The notes under the pieces: generated by a model
The model's database searches: none
What the model was told of the DNA's origin: nothing
What the model saw: the letters and a program-made list of their open reading frames with translations, nothing else
Assembly: GCA_964651105.1 (NCBI GenBank)
Contig: CAZYXN010000001.1
Span: 179 to 64,178 of the forward strand
Source: an uncultured Muribaculum sp.
GTDB lineage: Bacteria; Bacteroidota; Bacteroidia; Bacteroidales; Muribaculaceae
Direction: 5' to 3'
Length of the DNA stretch: 64,000 nucleotides
Position numbers and translations under genes: made by a program
In this document: in pieces, positions 30,003 to 38,955 of the stretch
Layout: each line of letters opens with the position of its first letter
How positions within the stretch are numbered: position 1 is the stretch's first letter

Positions 30003-30820
30003 TGATTTCGGCAGAACGACAATTAGAATTAAGAAATCAGTTTAATCCTGATGGCTCGGATGTACGTAAAGTGCAGTTGAGATTGCTTGATATGCTCTTA
30101 TATATTGATTCTGTTTGTCGGGATAATGATATTGATTATTGGCTTAGTTCCGGAACACTGATTGGGGCCGTACGTCATGGCGGATTCATTCCTTGGGATG
30201 ATGATGTGGATGTTGAGATGATGCCTGACGGGTTGAAAAAATTTATTAAAGCTGTTGAGAAAGATAGTTCCGGTAAATATGCCATTCATAATCATGCTAA
30301 CGATTCCAATTATCTTTTTGCGTTTACTAAACTTAGAGATTTGAAATCGTATATATGTGAGGATGAAGTCGTTCCACAGAAATTGCGTTATGAAGGTTGC
30401 TCGATAGATATTTTCACAATGGTGCCGAGCAATTCGCGCAGGATTCATGTATTGGCGCGCAAATGTATAGGTAAAGAGATGACGTTATGGCGTGCGATTT
30501 CCCGCAGGCCGCAATGGCAGCAGTCTATGTCAAAGATGCTTATGGATTTTCCTGTTAGGAAAATTATATTGCCTTTACTTACTGCGCTCTCTCGTCCGTT
30601 TGCCGGCAGTCAGCTCCGTCACACGCTCTCGGCTCCTTTCCATGCTCCTCGTAAAATGGAAGAAATATTTCCTCTCGGGAAAATGACATTTGAAGGGCAT
30701 GAATTTCCGATTCCGGGAAATTATGATGCATATTTGCGTCGCATATATGGTGATTACACACAGATCCCGCCGCTTGATAAAATACATGTTCATGCCAAAA
30801 AGATAGAAATCTATGAGTAG
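30002..30820 (+). CDS. licD: LicD-family phosphotransferase
   Basis: WLSSGTLIGAVRHGGFIPWDDDVD, IDIF and YLRRIYGDY motifs. Confidence 0.92.
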   Translation: MISAERQLELRNQFNPDGSDVRKVQLRLLDMLLYIDSVCRDNDIDYWLSSGTLIGAVRHGGFIPWDDDVDVEMMPDGLKKFIKAVEKDSSGKYAIHNHANDSNYLFAFTKLRDLKSYICEDEVVPQKLRYEGCSIDIFTMVPSNSRRIHVLARKCIGKEMTLWRAISRRPQWQQSMSKMLMDFPVRKIILPLLTALSRPFAGSQLRHTLSAPFHAPRKMEEIFPLGKMTFEGHEFPIPGNYDAYLRRIYGDYTQIPPLDKIHVHAKKIEIYE

Positions 30821-32237
30821 CATAAAAAAAAATTTTCTTTATAGCTGCTTTTTGACAACGGCCAACTATGTTTTTCCGCTTATAACTTTTCCTTATGTGT
30901 CGAGAGTTTTAGGCGCGACAAATTTTGGGCTATGTAATTTTATAGATGGAATAATCGATTATTTTGTCCTTTTCTCAATGATGGGAATTGGATTATTTGG
31001 AATAAGGGAAGTTGCGTCGAACAAGACTTCTGAAAAAATAAGCAATACTTTTTTTAACCTTCTTATTCTTACTTTTATAAGCACTGCTATTGCTTTTGGA
31101 ATATTGGTTTTCGCGATAATTTTTGTTCCGGAGCTGAATGCTAACAAAGAATTGATGATTATCGGTGGATGCAAACTTTTTTTTAATTTTTTACTTGTTG
31201 AATGGTTTTATAAAGGGATAGAGGATTTTAAATATATTACGATAAGGTCCATAATCGTTAGAAGTCTTTATGTCGCGGCTGTATTTATATTTGTAAAATC
31301 CTCATCTGACTATGTGATATATTATTTTTTAATAGTGTCAATGATTGTGGTTAATGCAATTATTAATATTGTGCATATTAGAAAATATGTTAGTTTGTCA
31401 GGTATAAAAATATGTTTGAGAAAGTATGTAAAACCATTTATAACGCTTGGGGTTTACCTTATATTGACATCTATGTATACGACATTTAATGTTGCGTATC
31501 TTGGTTTTGTCGGAGGAGATACTCAGGTTGGGTATTATACGACTGCAACCAAACTCTATAATGTCCTTTTGGCGGTTTATGCTGCGTTTACAGGCGTAAT
31601 GATGCCTCGGATGAGTGCATTAATCACTGAAGGAAAAATGACAGAATTCCAATCGAAAATTAAAAAGAGCATGGAGTTTTTGTTTTCGGTTTCGATTCCT
31701 TTAATAATATATGTAATTATGCAAGCTTCTCAGGTTGTATTGCTTGTTGCGGGAAAAGGATATGAAGGAGCTGTATTGCCAATGCAGATTGTTATGCCAT
31801 TGATTTTAATAATCGGATATGAACAGATTCTCGTTGTGCAAATGTTGATGCCGCTTAAATCAGATCGGATTATTTTAATAAATTCAGTTATCGGGGCATT
31901 TTTAGGCCTCACTTTAAATATATTGCTTGTTCCTGTTTTTCGTAGTGTTGGTTCTTCAATGGTATGGGTTGTATGTGAGGTTCTAATATTAATTTTATCT
32001 CAACATGCAGTTACAAAAGTTGCAGGATTTAAATTTCCATTTAAGTTGTTATTTAAAAATATAATTTGTTTTGTACCTTTGCCGATATTGATTATTGTAT
32101 CCAATATCATATTTGATAATTATATTATCCAATTATTAGTTAGTGGGGTTGTAATGATTGCCTACACAATAGTAATACATTCTTTATTTTTTAGAGATGG
32201 TGTATGTTATAAGTTTGTAAATAGTAAAATAAGATGA
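30813..32237 (+). CDS. wzx: Wzx-type polysaccharide flippase
   Basis: Many TM segments; PLITFPYVSRVLG, GIREVA, GYYTTATK and VMMPRMS. Confidence 0.92.
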   Translation: MSSIKKNFLYSCFLTTANYVFPLITFPYVSRVLGATNFGLCNFIDGIIDYFVLFSMMGIGLFGIREVASNKTSEKISNTFFNLLILTFISTAIAFGILVFAIIFVPELNANKELMIIGGCKLFFNFLLVEWFYKGIEDFKYITIRSIIVRSLYVAAVFIFVKSSSDYVIYYFLIVSMIVVNAIINIVHIRKYVSLSGIKICLRKYVKPFITLGVYLILTSMYTTFNVAYLGFVGGDTQVGYYTTATKLYNVLLAVYAAFTGVMMPRMSALITEGKMTEFQSKIKKSMEFLFSVSIPLIIYVIMQASQVVLLVAGKGYEGAVLPMQIVMPLILIIGYEQILVVQMLMPLKSDRIILINSVIGAFLGLTLNILLVPVFRSVGSSMVWVVCEVLILILSQHAVTKVAGFKFPFKLLFKNIICFVPLPILIIVSNIIFDNYIIQLLVSGVVMIAYTIVIHSLFFRDGVCYKFVNSKIR

Positions 32238-33331
32238 TGATACCTAAAATAATCGCGTTGTATTTGCCTCAGTTCCATCCGACAGCGGATAATGATAAAT
32301 GGTGGGGGAAAGGATTTACGGAATGGACAAATGTGGGAAAAGCCAAACCGTTATTTAAAGGGCATTACCAGCCTCGTGTCCCAAGAGATTTGGGTTATTA
32401 TGATTTAAGGCTTCCGGAAGTCCGGGAGTTGCAATCTCAACTGGCTAAGAGGGCGGGAGTTTATGGCTTTTGTTATTATCATTATTGGTTCGGAAATGGT
32501 AAGCGTGAGTTAGAATTGCCATTTAACGAGGTTTTAAAATCCGGGTCTCCTGACTTCCCGTTTTGTCTCTGTTGGGCAAATGAATCATGGCATTCCAAAT
32601 TTTGGAATAAAGACGGGACAATCGAAAAAAAAATATTAATTGAACAACAGTATCCGGGAGATAGTGATATTGAAGAACATTTTTATAGCCTTCTTACGGC
32701 ATTTAATGATAAACGATATATAAAAATTGATGGCAGGCCAATTTTTATGATTTATCGTGCGTTTGATTACGAAGACATATCCCGATTCATTGAGATATGG
32801 AATAATTTAGCGGTTAAAAATGGATTAAAGGGAATTTATTTTATAGCTCATTTGGCAGAAAATGTCACTAAAGAAAATAAGGACAAACTTATTGAAATGG
32901 GATTTAATGCTATAAATACTAATGGGTTATGGGAAGCTAAAAAAACGTGTCCGTCTATATGGTATAAAATAAAGCAAAAATTAAAACGTAAATTGTTAGG
33001 CATTCCTAACGTTTACGATTATGAAAGCATATGTCCTTATTTTGAACAACCCTTTGATGTGGATGAAAATGTGTTTCCGTCGATATTTCCTAATTGGGAT
33101 CACACTCCGCGAAGTGGTTCAGCCGGATATGTATTGACTGGTTCTACGCCCCAATTATTTGGGAGGCATGCGAAGTCGGTTATAGATAAGGTGAAAAGAA
33201 AACAACCCCAAAATCAAATTATATTTTTAAAATCATGGAATGAATGGGGAGAAGGTAATTATATGGAACCTGATCTAAAATATGGATACGGATATATTGA
33301 TGAACTTCATAAGGCGTTATATGATAAATAA
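32234..33331 (+). CDS. WbsX-like / GH99-like domain protein
   Basis: IALYLPQFHP, WWGKGFTEWTNV, LGYYDLR, FCYYHYWF, FCLCWANESW, SWNEWGEGNYMEPD. Confidence 0.9.
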   Translation: MMIPKIIALYLPQFHPTADNDKWWGKGFTEWTNVGKAKPLFKGHYQPRVPRDLGYYDLRLPEVRELQSQLAKRAGVYGFCYYHYWFGNGKRELELPFNEVLKSGSPDFPFCLCWANESWHSKFWNKDGTIEKKILIEQQYPGDSDIEEHFYSLLTAFNDKRYIKIDGRPIFMIYRAFDYEDISRFIEIWNNLAVKNGLKGIYFIAHLAENVTKENKDKLIEMGFNAINTNGLWEAKKTCPSIWYKIKQKLKRKLLGIPNVYDYESICPYFEQPFDVDENVFPSIFPNWDHTPRSGSAGYVLTGSTPQLFGRHAKSVIDKVKRKQPQNQIIFLKSWNEWGEGNYMEPDLKYGYGYIDELHKALYDK

Positions 33332-33337
33332 GTAATT

Positions 33338-34114
33338 ATGGTGACGATTTTATTTCATTCCACTATATTTGGCCCGATTCATAGCCGTCGGCTCGGTTCT
33401 TCTCTGGGTATCAACCTCATGCCTGATGATGGTAAAGTGTGTTCTTTTGACTGCCTTTATTGCGAGGCGGGGTATAATTCCCAGGGCCCGGGAAAATCAG
33501 GACTTCCTTCCCGGGAAAAAGTGAGACAATTGCTTGAAGAAAAGCTGCAGTCGATGGTCAAGAACGGCACGCCGCTTGACGTAATAACTTTTTCGGGCAA
33601 TGGCGAGCCGACTCTTCATCCCGATTTTGAAGGTGTGGTGGATGACACTATCATATTGCGCGATAAATATTATACTGAAGCCAAAGTGTCGGTTCTTTGT
33701 AATTCTACCCGACTTGATAATCCCGGAGTTTGTCAGGGATTAAAGAAAGTTGACAACTGTATCCTTAAACTCGATTCCGCATTGACTCCAACCATGAGGC
33801 TTATTGACCGGCCTGCCAATAAGGAGTTTACATGTGAGAGTTTGATTCCCCAATTGGCGGCTTTTGGTGACAAATGCATTATTCAGACCATGATGCTCAG
33901 AGGAATCCATGACGGGCAAGTTGTCGATAATACCGGAGAGGATGAGGTGAATGCTCTTATTGAAGCGTATAAACAGATTAAACCGTCGGAGGTGATGCTT
34001 TATTCAATTGATCGTCCTACACCGGAAAGCAATCTGAAGAAAGTGGAAAAGGACGAATTGGAACGTATTGCTGATAAAATTCGTGCTGCCGGTATTAAAG
34101 TGCAAGTAAATTGA
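33338..34114 (+). CDS. Radical SAM protein (Tyw1-like family, function unknown in bacteria)
   Basis: FGPIHSRRLGSSLGINL, CSFDCLYC (CxxxCxxC), TFSGNGEPTLHP. Confidence 0.88.
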   Translation: MVTILFHSTIFGPIHSRRLGSSLGINLMPDDGKVCSFDCLYCEAGYNSQGPGKSGLPSREKVRQLLEEKLQSMVKNGTPLDVITFSGNGEPTLHPDFEGVVDDTIILRDKYYTEAKVSVLCNSTRLDNPGVCQGLKKVDNCILKLDSALTPTMRLIDRPANKEFTCESLIPQLAAFGDKCIIQTMMLRGIHDGQVVDNTGEDEVNALIEAYKQIKPSEVMLYSIDRPTPESNLKKVEKDELERIADKIRAAGIKVQVN

Positions 34115-35022
34115 TGAAAGGAGAAACTGTGTTGCCTCGTCCTTTGGTTGAGGGCGATAAAATAGCGATAATTTCACCGGCATCCATTATTAATCCCGAT
34201 TATGTGGCGGGTGCGGTTCGTGTTCTGGAAGATTTAGGATGGAAGCCATATGTCGCACGGCATGCGTTAGGTCTTACCGGTTCATATAGCGGAACTGTGG
34301 AAGAGCGGCTTGGAGATCTTAATGAAGCGTTACGTGATTCATCGGTAAGAGCTATTTTGTGTAGTCGGGGAGGCTATGGAGCTGTGCATCTTCTTGATGG
34401 AATAGATAGCCGCTCGTTTGTGGCTGATCCGAAGTGGCTTATAGGTTTTAGTGATGTGTCGGCTCTTCACGCTTATGCCCTAAATTGTAATATAGCAAGT
34501 ATTCACGGTTCGATGTGCAAGCATCTTTCTAATTTTGGAAAAGATGATGAGTGTTCTCGTGCGTTAATTGGAATTTTGAAAGGAAAAATGCCGAATTATT
34601 CTGTCGCTTCTCATCGGTATAATCGTGAAGGAAAGGCTGTGGGCCGAATTACAGGCGGCAATCTTGCTGTAATTTCCGCGTTGATTTCAACGCCATACGA
34701 CCCTTTTGTAGGGGATGGGAATATTCTTGTTATTGAAGATATTGCCGAACCGATATACAAAGTCGAGCGGATTCTTTATCAACTGAAATATGCCGGAGTT
34801 TTTGACCGTATCGGAGGTCTTATTGTTGGACAATTTACTGAGTATAGGACCGATAGAAATTATTCATTTATGGAAGATATGATTCATGATATGGTTGCTC
34901 CGTATGATTTCCCGGTAGCATTTGATTTTCCGGTTGGTCATGTCGACAGAAATCTGCCACTTGTCATGTCAATGCCTGCGGCATTTGAAGTGGATGTGGA
35001 TAAAGTCTTTCTCTGTTATTAA
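34111..35022 (+). CDS. LD-carboxypeptidase (peptidase S66)
   Basis: RGGYG, IGFSDVSAL, GGNL, EDIAE, GHV (Ser/Glu/His triad). Confidence 0.93.
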   Translation: MMKGETVLPRPLVEGDKIAIISPASIINPDYVAGAVRVLEDLGWKPYVARHALGLTGSYSGTVEERLGDLNEALRDSSVRAILCSRGGYGAVHLLDGIDSRSFVADPKWLIGFSDVSALHAYALNCNIASIHGSMCKHLSNFGKDDECSRALIGILKGKMPNYSVASHRYNREGKAVGRITGGNLAVISALISTPYDPFVGDGNILVIEDIAEPIYKVERILYQLKYAGVFDRIGGLIVGQFTEYRTDRNYSFMEDMIHDMVAPYDFPVAFDFPVGHVDRNLPLVMSMPAAFEVDVDKVFLCY

Positions 35023-35030
35023 GAATTCCT

Positions 35031-35909
35031 CTATTTTACCGGCTCTACTGTATATCCGAGTTTTTTAAGTTGCGTTATCAGTCCGTGTTCGCCTATTAAA
35101 TGCCCCGCTCCAACGGCAATAAATATTTTTTCTGAAGGAAGTATTTCTTTCAGTTTGTTTATCCATGTGTTGTTGCGACGGTATAACAGTCGCTCGGCCG
35201 CGTCTTCTGTCATTCCGATTTCCGGATCAAACATGATTTCTTGTAACTTTTCGAGATTTCCTGTGCGATAGGCTGTCGCAAGCTCTCGTGCTTGTTTGCC
35301 TGCTTCTCCGTCAGTGCGCACTGTGTGCATCAGGTCTTCTACTTGTTTTGTGATAGGGTCGCACATGAGCATTCCAAGCTGTTCTTCAAGTATTTCAAAT
35401 CCCTTTATTTCCTTTCCGGCCTCTCGGGCTCTTTTTTGAACAATCATGTCAAGCTGCTCTTTTCCGTTAAATTCAGGAAATTCAACCATTGCTTGCAGCA
35501 TAGCGATCTGGGTATTTACCATTGCGGGTTTAAGAACATCCATCTGATGCACTTTAGCCATTCCTCCAGTATATTTTGCCAGGACATTGTTGATTGAGTC
35601 AATCTGTGTCCGATTCAGAACTTTTGTGAGCGTGCTGTCTTTTGGCGCCATTCCGAATGCCATTATTACTTGTTCTGTTGATGGAGACATCATTTCTGCC
35701 ATATCTATTTCTCCATAAACAATATCTGCCGACTGTAATGCATCATTTAACCCAATCACGCTGTCAAGAACTGATGCCGGGGCAATATGATGGGTCGCAA
35801 ATATATAGGAATCGCTTTTGGCTCCGTTGTCGGATATTTTCCACAATAACTGGGCTGGTGTTGGTAGCCATGTCAAAAAGGCAAGAAGTGATAGGATGAT
35901 AATTTTCAT
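35031..35909 (-). CDS. TraB/GumN (TIKI-like) family protein
   Basis: Signal peptide; LLWKIS, YIFATHH, RRNNTW, AVGAGHL. Confidence 0.88.
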   Translation of the reverse strand: MKIIILSLLAFLTWLPTPAQLLWKISDNGAKSDSYIFATHHIAPASVLDSVIGLNDALQSADIVYGEIDMAEMMSPSTEQVIMAFGMAPKDSTLTKVLNRTQIDSINNVLAKYTGGMAKVHQMDVLKPAMVNTQIAMLQAMVEFPEFNGKEQLDMIVQKRAREAGKEIKGFEILEEQLGMLMCDPITKQVEDLMHTVRTDGEAGKQARELATAYRTGNLEKLQEIMFDPEIGMTEDAAERLLYRRNNTWINKLKEILPSEKIFIAVGAGHLIGEHGLITQLKKLGYTVEPVK

Positions 35910-35927
35910 ATTTTTAAGCTACGTGCG

Positions 35928-35944
35928 TATATATATATATATAT
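35928..35944. repeat. (TA)8T dinucleotide microsatellite
   Basis: TATATATATATATATAT, 18 nt upstream of the TraB/GumN start codon. Confidence 0.85.
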
Positions 35945-36086
35945 TATACTATGTCGTAAATGTATTGCTAATTTTTAATCCAACAAAGAAAAATTAGAAA
36001 AATTTGCACATATAGTTTGGTTTTTATGATAACAAAAGGCTAAATTTGGATGTATATATAGAAATCGCTAATCTAATTGAAGTAAT

Positions 36087-36641
36087 ATGAAGACATCTTA
36101 TTTATTCCTCGCTGAAGGATTTGAAGAGATTGAGGCGCTTTCGACTGTCGATGTTTTGCGCCGTGCCGGAATGGAAGTTTATACAGTTTCCATAACGCCT
36201 GAAAAGCAAGTCAAAGGAGCTAACGGAATTCAGGTTATTGCTGATAAGACAATATCAGAAATTGATGCTGATGACGCTGAATGGCTGATTATACCGGGAG
36301 GCATGCCGGGAGCCACTAATTTGGCTGCATGTGGGAAGCTCAATGACATGCTTGTAAATCAATGGAATAAGCAGGGTAAAATAGCGGCAATTTGTGCTGC
36401 TCCGGCAGTTGTTTTAGCTCCGCTTGGTATTGTGAGAGGTCAGGATGCTACATGTTATCCTTCGTTTAAAGATGATTTGATTAAATATGGCGCCCAGTAT
36501 ATTGACACACGTGTTATTGAAAGTGGCAATTTGATCACGTCCAACGGGCCTTCGTCTGCATTGTTATTCGCTTTCGCGATTGTATCCAATACTCTTGGAC
36601 AGGATGTGGCATCTTCTGTCGCTTCCGGAATGCTTGTATAG
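36087..36641 (+). CDS. DJ-1/PfpI (YajL/ThiJ-like) protein
   Basis: AEGFEEIEAL, IIPGGMPGA, AAICAAP (nucleophilic Cys), ITSNGP; TAAATTTG -7 element at 36042-36049. Confidence 0.93.
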   Translation: MKTSYLFLAEGFEEIEALSTVDVLRRAGMEVYTVSITPEKQVKGANGIQVIADKTISEIDADDAEWLIIPGGMPGATNLAACGKLNDMLVNQWNKQGKIAAICAAPAVVLAPLGIVRGQDATCYPSFKDDLIKYGAQYIDTRVIESGNLITSNGPSSALLFAFAIVSNTLGQDVASSVASGMLV

Positions 36642-36652
36642 AGAAATATCAC

Positions 36653-36660
36653 TATATTTG
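36653..36660 (+). promoter_or_regulatory. -7 element 5 nt before the GT4 start codon
   Basis: TATATTTG-CATTC-GTG. Confidence 0.6.
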
Positions 36661-36665
36661 CATTC

Positions 36666-37856
36666 GTGAAAAAAAGAGTTTTAATTGTAAACAAGTTTTA
36701 TTACCGTCGTGGCGGCGACTGTGTATATGTTCTCAATCTTGAGTCATTACTTAAAAGTCGCGGCCACGATGTGGCTGTATATGCCATGGATTACCCGGAA
36801 AATCTGCCCTCCGAATGGTCAAAATATTTTGCGTCGGAAGTGGATTTCGGGAAAGATAAGATTAGAGGCGCGTCACGCGTTTTCGGTTATGGCGATATTA
36901 CCGAATCGTTTATGAGAATCCTGAATGATTTTCATCCTGATGTGGTTCATTTTAATAACATTCACTCTTATCTGTCGCCGATATTGGTAAGAGTGGCTTC
37001 GGATTTTGGAGCTCGTGTTGTGTGGACTCTGCATGACTATAAATTGATTTGTCCGTCATATTCCTGTCTTCATGATGGAAAGGTGTGTGAGGATTGTTTT
37101 GACGACTCGCTTTCGGTATTGAAGAAACGTTGTATGAAGGGCTCAATGACGGCAAGTCTTCTTGCTTACGGAGAATCTGTGAAATGGAGCAAGGATAAAC
37201 TGGCTAAGTGGACAGATGTCTTTTTGTGCCCAAGTCGGTTTATGTCGCTTAAGATGGAAGAGGGCGGTTTTTCTCCAACCAAGCTGTTTCATTTGTATAA
37301 TTTCATCTCTCCGGAAATGTTAGCATATTATTCCGAAAGAAACGTTATTACTAAGCGACAAGACTATTATTGTTATGTAGGTCGTCTTTCGAGAGAGAAA
37401 GGAATAAAGACATTGCTTAATGTGGCTTCAAGGCTTCCTTACGAACTTCGTGTAGCCGGTACCGGGCCGCTTGAGGAAAAGCTTAAAAGTGAGTTCGGTC
37501 AATGTCACAATATTAAATTTCTTGGTCATTGCAATCTTGATGAGGTTCAGGCTTTGTTTGCTAATGCCCGCTTTTCCGTCGTTCCCTCTGAATGGTATGA
37601 AAATAACCCCTTCAGTGTTATTGAATCTTTGTGTAGCGGTACGCCGTTCGTTGGAGCTGATATCGGAGGAATACCCGAATTGGCAAACAATAAGAATGGC
37701 GTAATTTTTACTCCAGGAGATTTGAAAAGTCTTCAATTCGCAATCGAGGAAGCTTGGACGCATTCGTGGGACTATACTGATATGCAGCAAGATGCCTTGT
37801 CTCGATTCTCTCCAGACCAACATTATGCGGCATTGGATAAAATATATAATGGATGA
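36666..37856 (+). CDS. GT4-family glycosyltransferase
   Basis: VNKFYYRRGG, WTLHDYKLICP, YVGRLSREKG, SEWYENNPFSVIES, ADIGGIPEL; GTG start. Confidence 0.92.
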   Translation: MKKRVLIVNKFYYRRGGDCVYVLNLESLLKSRGHDVAVYAMDYPENLPSEWSKYFASEVDFGKDKIRGASRVFGYGDITESFMRILNDFHPDVVHFNNIHSYLSPILVRVASDFGARVVWTLHDYKLICPSYSCLHDGKVCEDCFDDSLSVLKKRCMKGSMTASLLAYGESVKWSKDKLAKWTDVFLCPSRFMSLKMEEGGFSPTKLFHLYNFISPEMLAYYSERNVITKRQDYYCYVGRLSREKGIKTLLNVASRLPYELRVAGTGPLEEKLKSEFGQCHNIKFLGHCNLDEVQALFANARFSVVPSEWYENNPFSVIESLCSGTPFVGADIGGIPELANNKNGVIFTPGDLKSLQFAIEEAWTHSWDYTDMQQDALSRFSPDQHYAALDKIYNG

Positions 37857-37893
37857 CTTCCGTTATATAGATGACCATACTGTTATTTAATAT

Positions 37894-38946
37894 ATGAAAG
37901 TTCAGCAACCAACCGATGCTTCTATCATATTGACTTATCGTTGCCCAATGCAATGCCGTATGTGCAACATATGGCAATATCCTACTGATAGAAAGGAGGA
38001 GATTACAGCCAAAGACCTTAAATCGCTGCCGAAACTGAAATTTATAAATCTTACCGGTGGTGAGCCGTTTATACGGGAAGATCTTCCTGAAATTGTCGAG
38101 GAGTGTTATCGGCACGCCCCGAGGATTGTGATATCAACATCCGGGTGGTTTGAGGAACGCGTAATAAATCTCGCAAAACGTTTTCCGAATATCGGAATAC
38201 GTATTTCAATTGAAGGATTAAGCAACAAAAACGATGAATTGCGTGGCAGGCAAGGCGGATTTGATAAAGGACTGCGCACATTGCTCGCATTGAAATCTAT
38301 GGGATTGAAGGATATCGGTTTCGGTTGTACTGTATCAAACAACAATTCTTCCGATATGCTTGCGTTGTATCGTCTTTCAAAAGAATTAGGAATGGAGTTT
38401 GCGACTGCGGCATTTCATAATTCCTATTATTTCCATAAGGATGACAATGTTATCACCAATAGAGACGAGGTGATTAAAAATTTTGAGCAGCTTATCGAAT
38501 GGCAACTTAAGGAGACGCATCCTAAATCGTGGTTCCGGGCTTTTTTCAATATGGGCTTGATTAATTATATCGAAGGAGGTCGAAGAATGTTGCCGTGTGA
38601 GGCCGGTATGGCAAATTTTTTTATTGATCCATGGGGTGAAGTGTATCCATGCAACGGGCTTGAGGAAAAATTCTGGAAAGAGTCGATGGGCAATATCCAT
38701 AAAGATGACTTCATGACCATATGGAATAGTCCGCAGGCTGAAAAGGTCAGAGAAAAAGTGCGTAAATGTCCTAAAAACTGTTGGATGGTAGGAACTGCGT
38801 CGCCTGTGATGAAGAAGTATATCATACATCCTGCAAAATGGGCTTTGGCCAATAAAATGAGGGTTATGAGAGGGCTTAAGCCATGTATTGATAAGAAATG
38901 GTATGATGTTGGACAAGATCCGGAGCAAGGCTACGGAGCCAAATAA
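37894..38946 (+). CDS. Radical SAM protein with a SPASM/twitch domain
   Basis: CPMQCRMC (CxxxCxxC), NLTGGEPF, LPCEAG...IDPWGEVYPC and KCPKNCW auxiliary-cluster cysteines. Confidence 0.92.
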   Translation: MKVQQPTDASIILTYRCPMQCRMCNIWQYPTDRKEEITAKDLKSLPKLKFINLTGGEPFIREDLPEIVEECYRHAPRIVISTSGWFEERVINLAKRFPNIGIRISIEGLSNKNDELRGRQGGFDKGLRTLLALKSMGLKDIGFGCTVSNNNSSDMLALYRLSKELGMEFATAAFHNSYYFHKDDNVITNRDEVIKNFEQLIEWQLKETHPKSWFRAFFNMGLINYIEGGRRMLPCEAGMANFFIDPWGEVYPCNGLEEKFWKESMGNIHKDDFMTIWNSPQAEKVREKVRKCPKNCWMVGTASPVMKKYIIHPAKWALANKMRVMRGLKPCIDKKWYDVGQDPEQGYGAK

Positions 38947-38955
38947 TATTGTCAT

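Noticed and set aside
36642-38955. RiPP cluster around the radical SAM/SPASM gene
   Set aside because: I saw no plausible short precursor ORF, RRE/PqqD domain, peptidase or transporter; the neighbours are glycosyltransferases.
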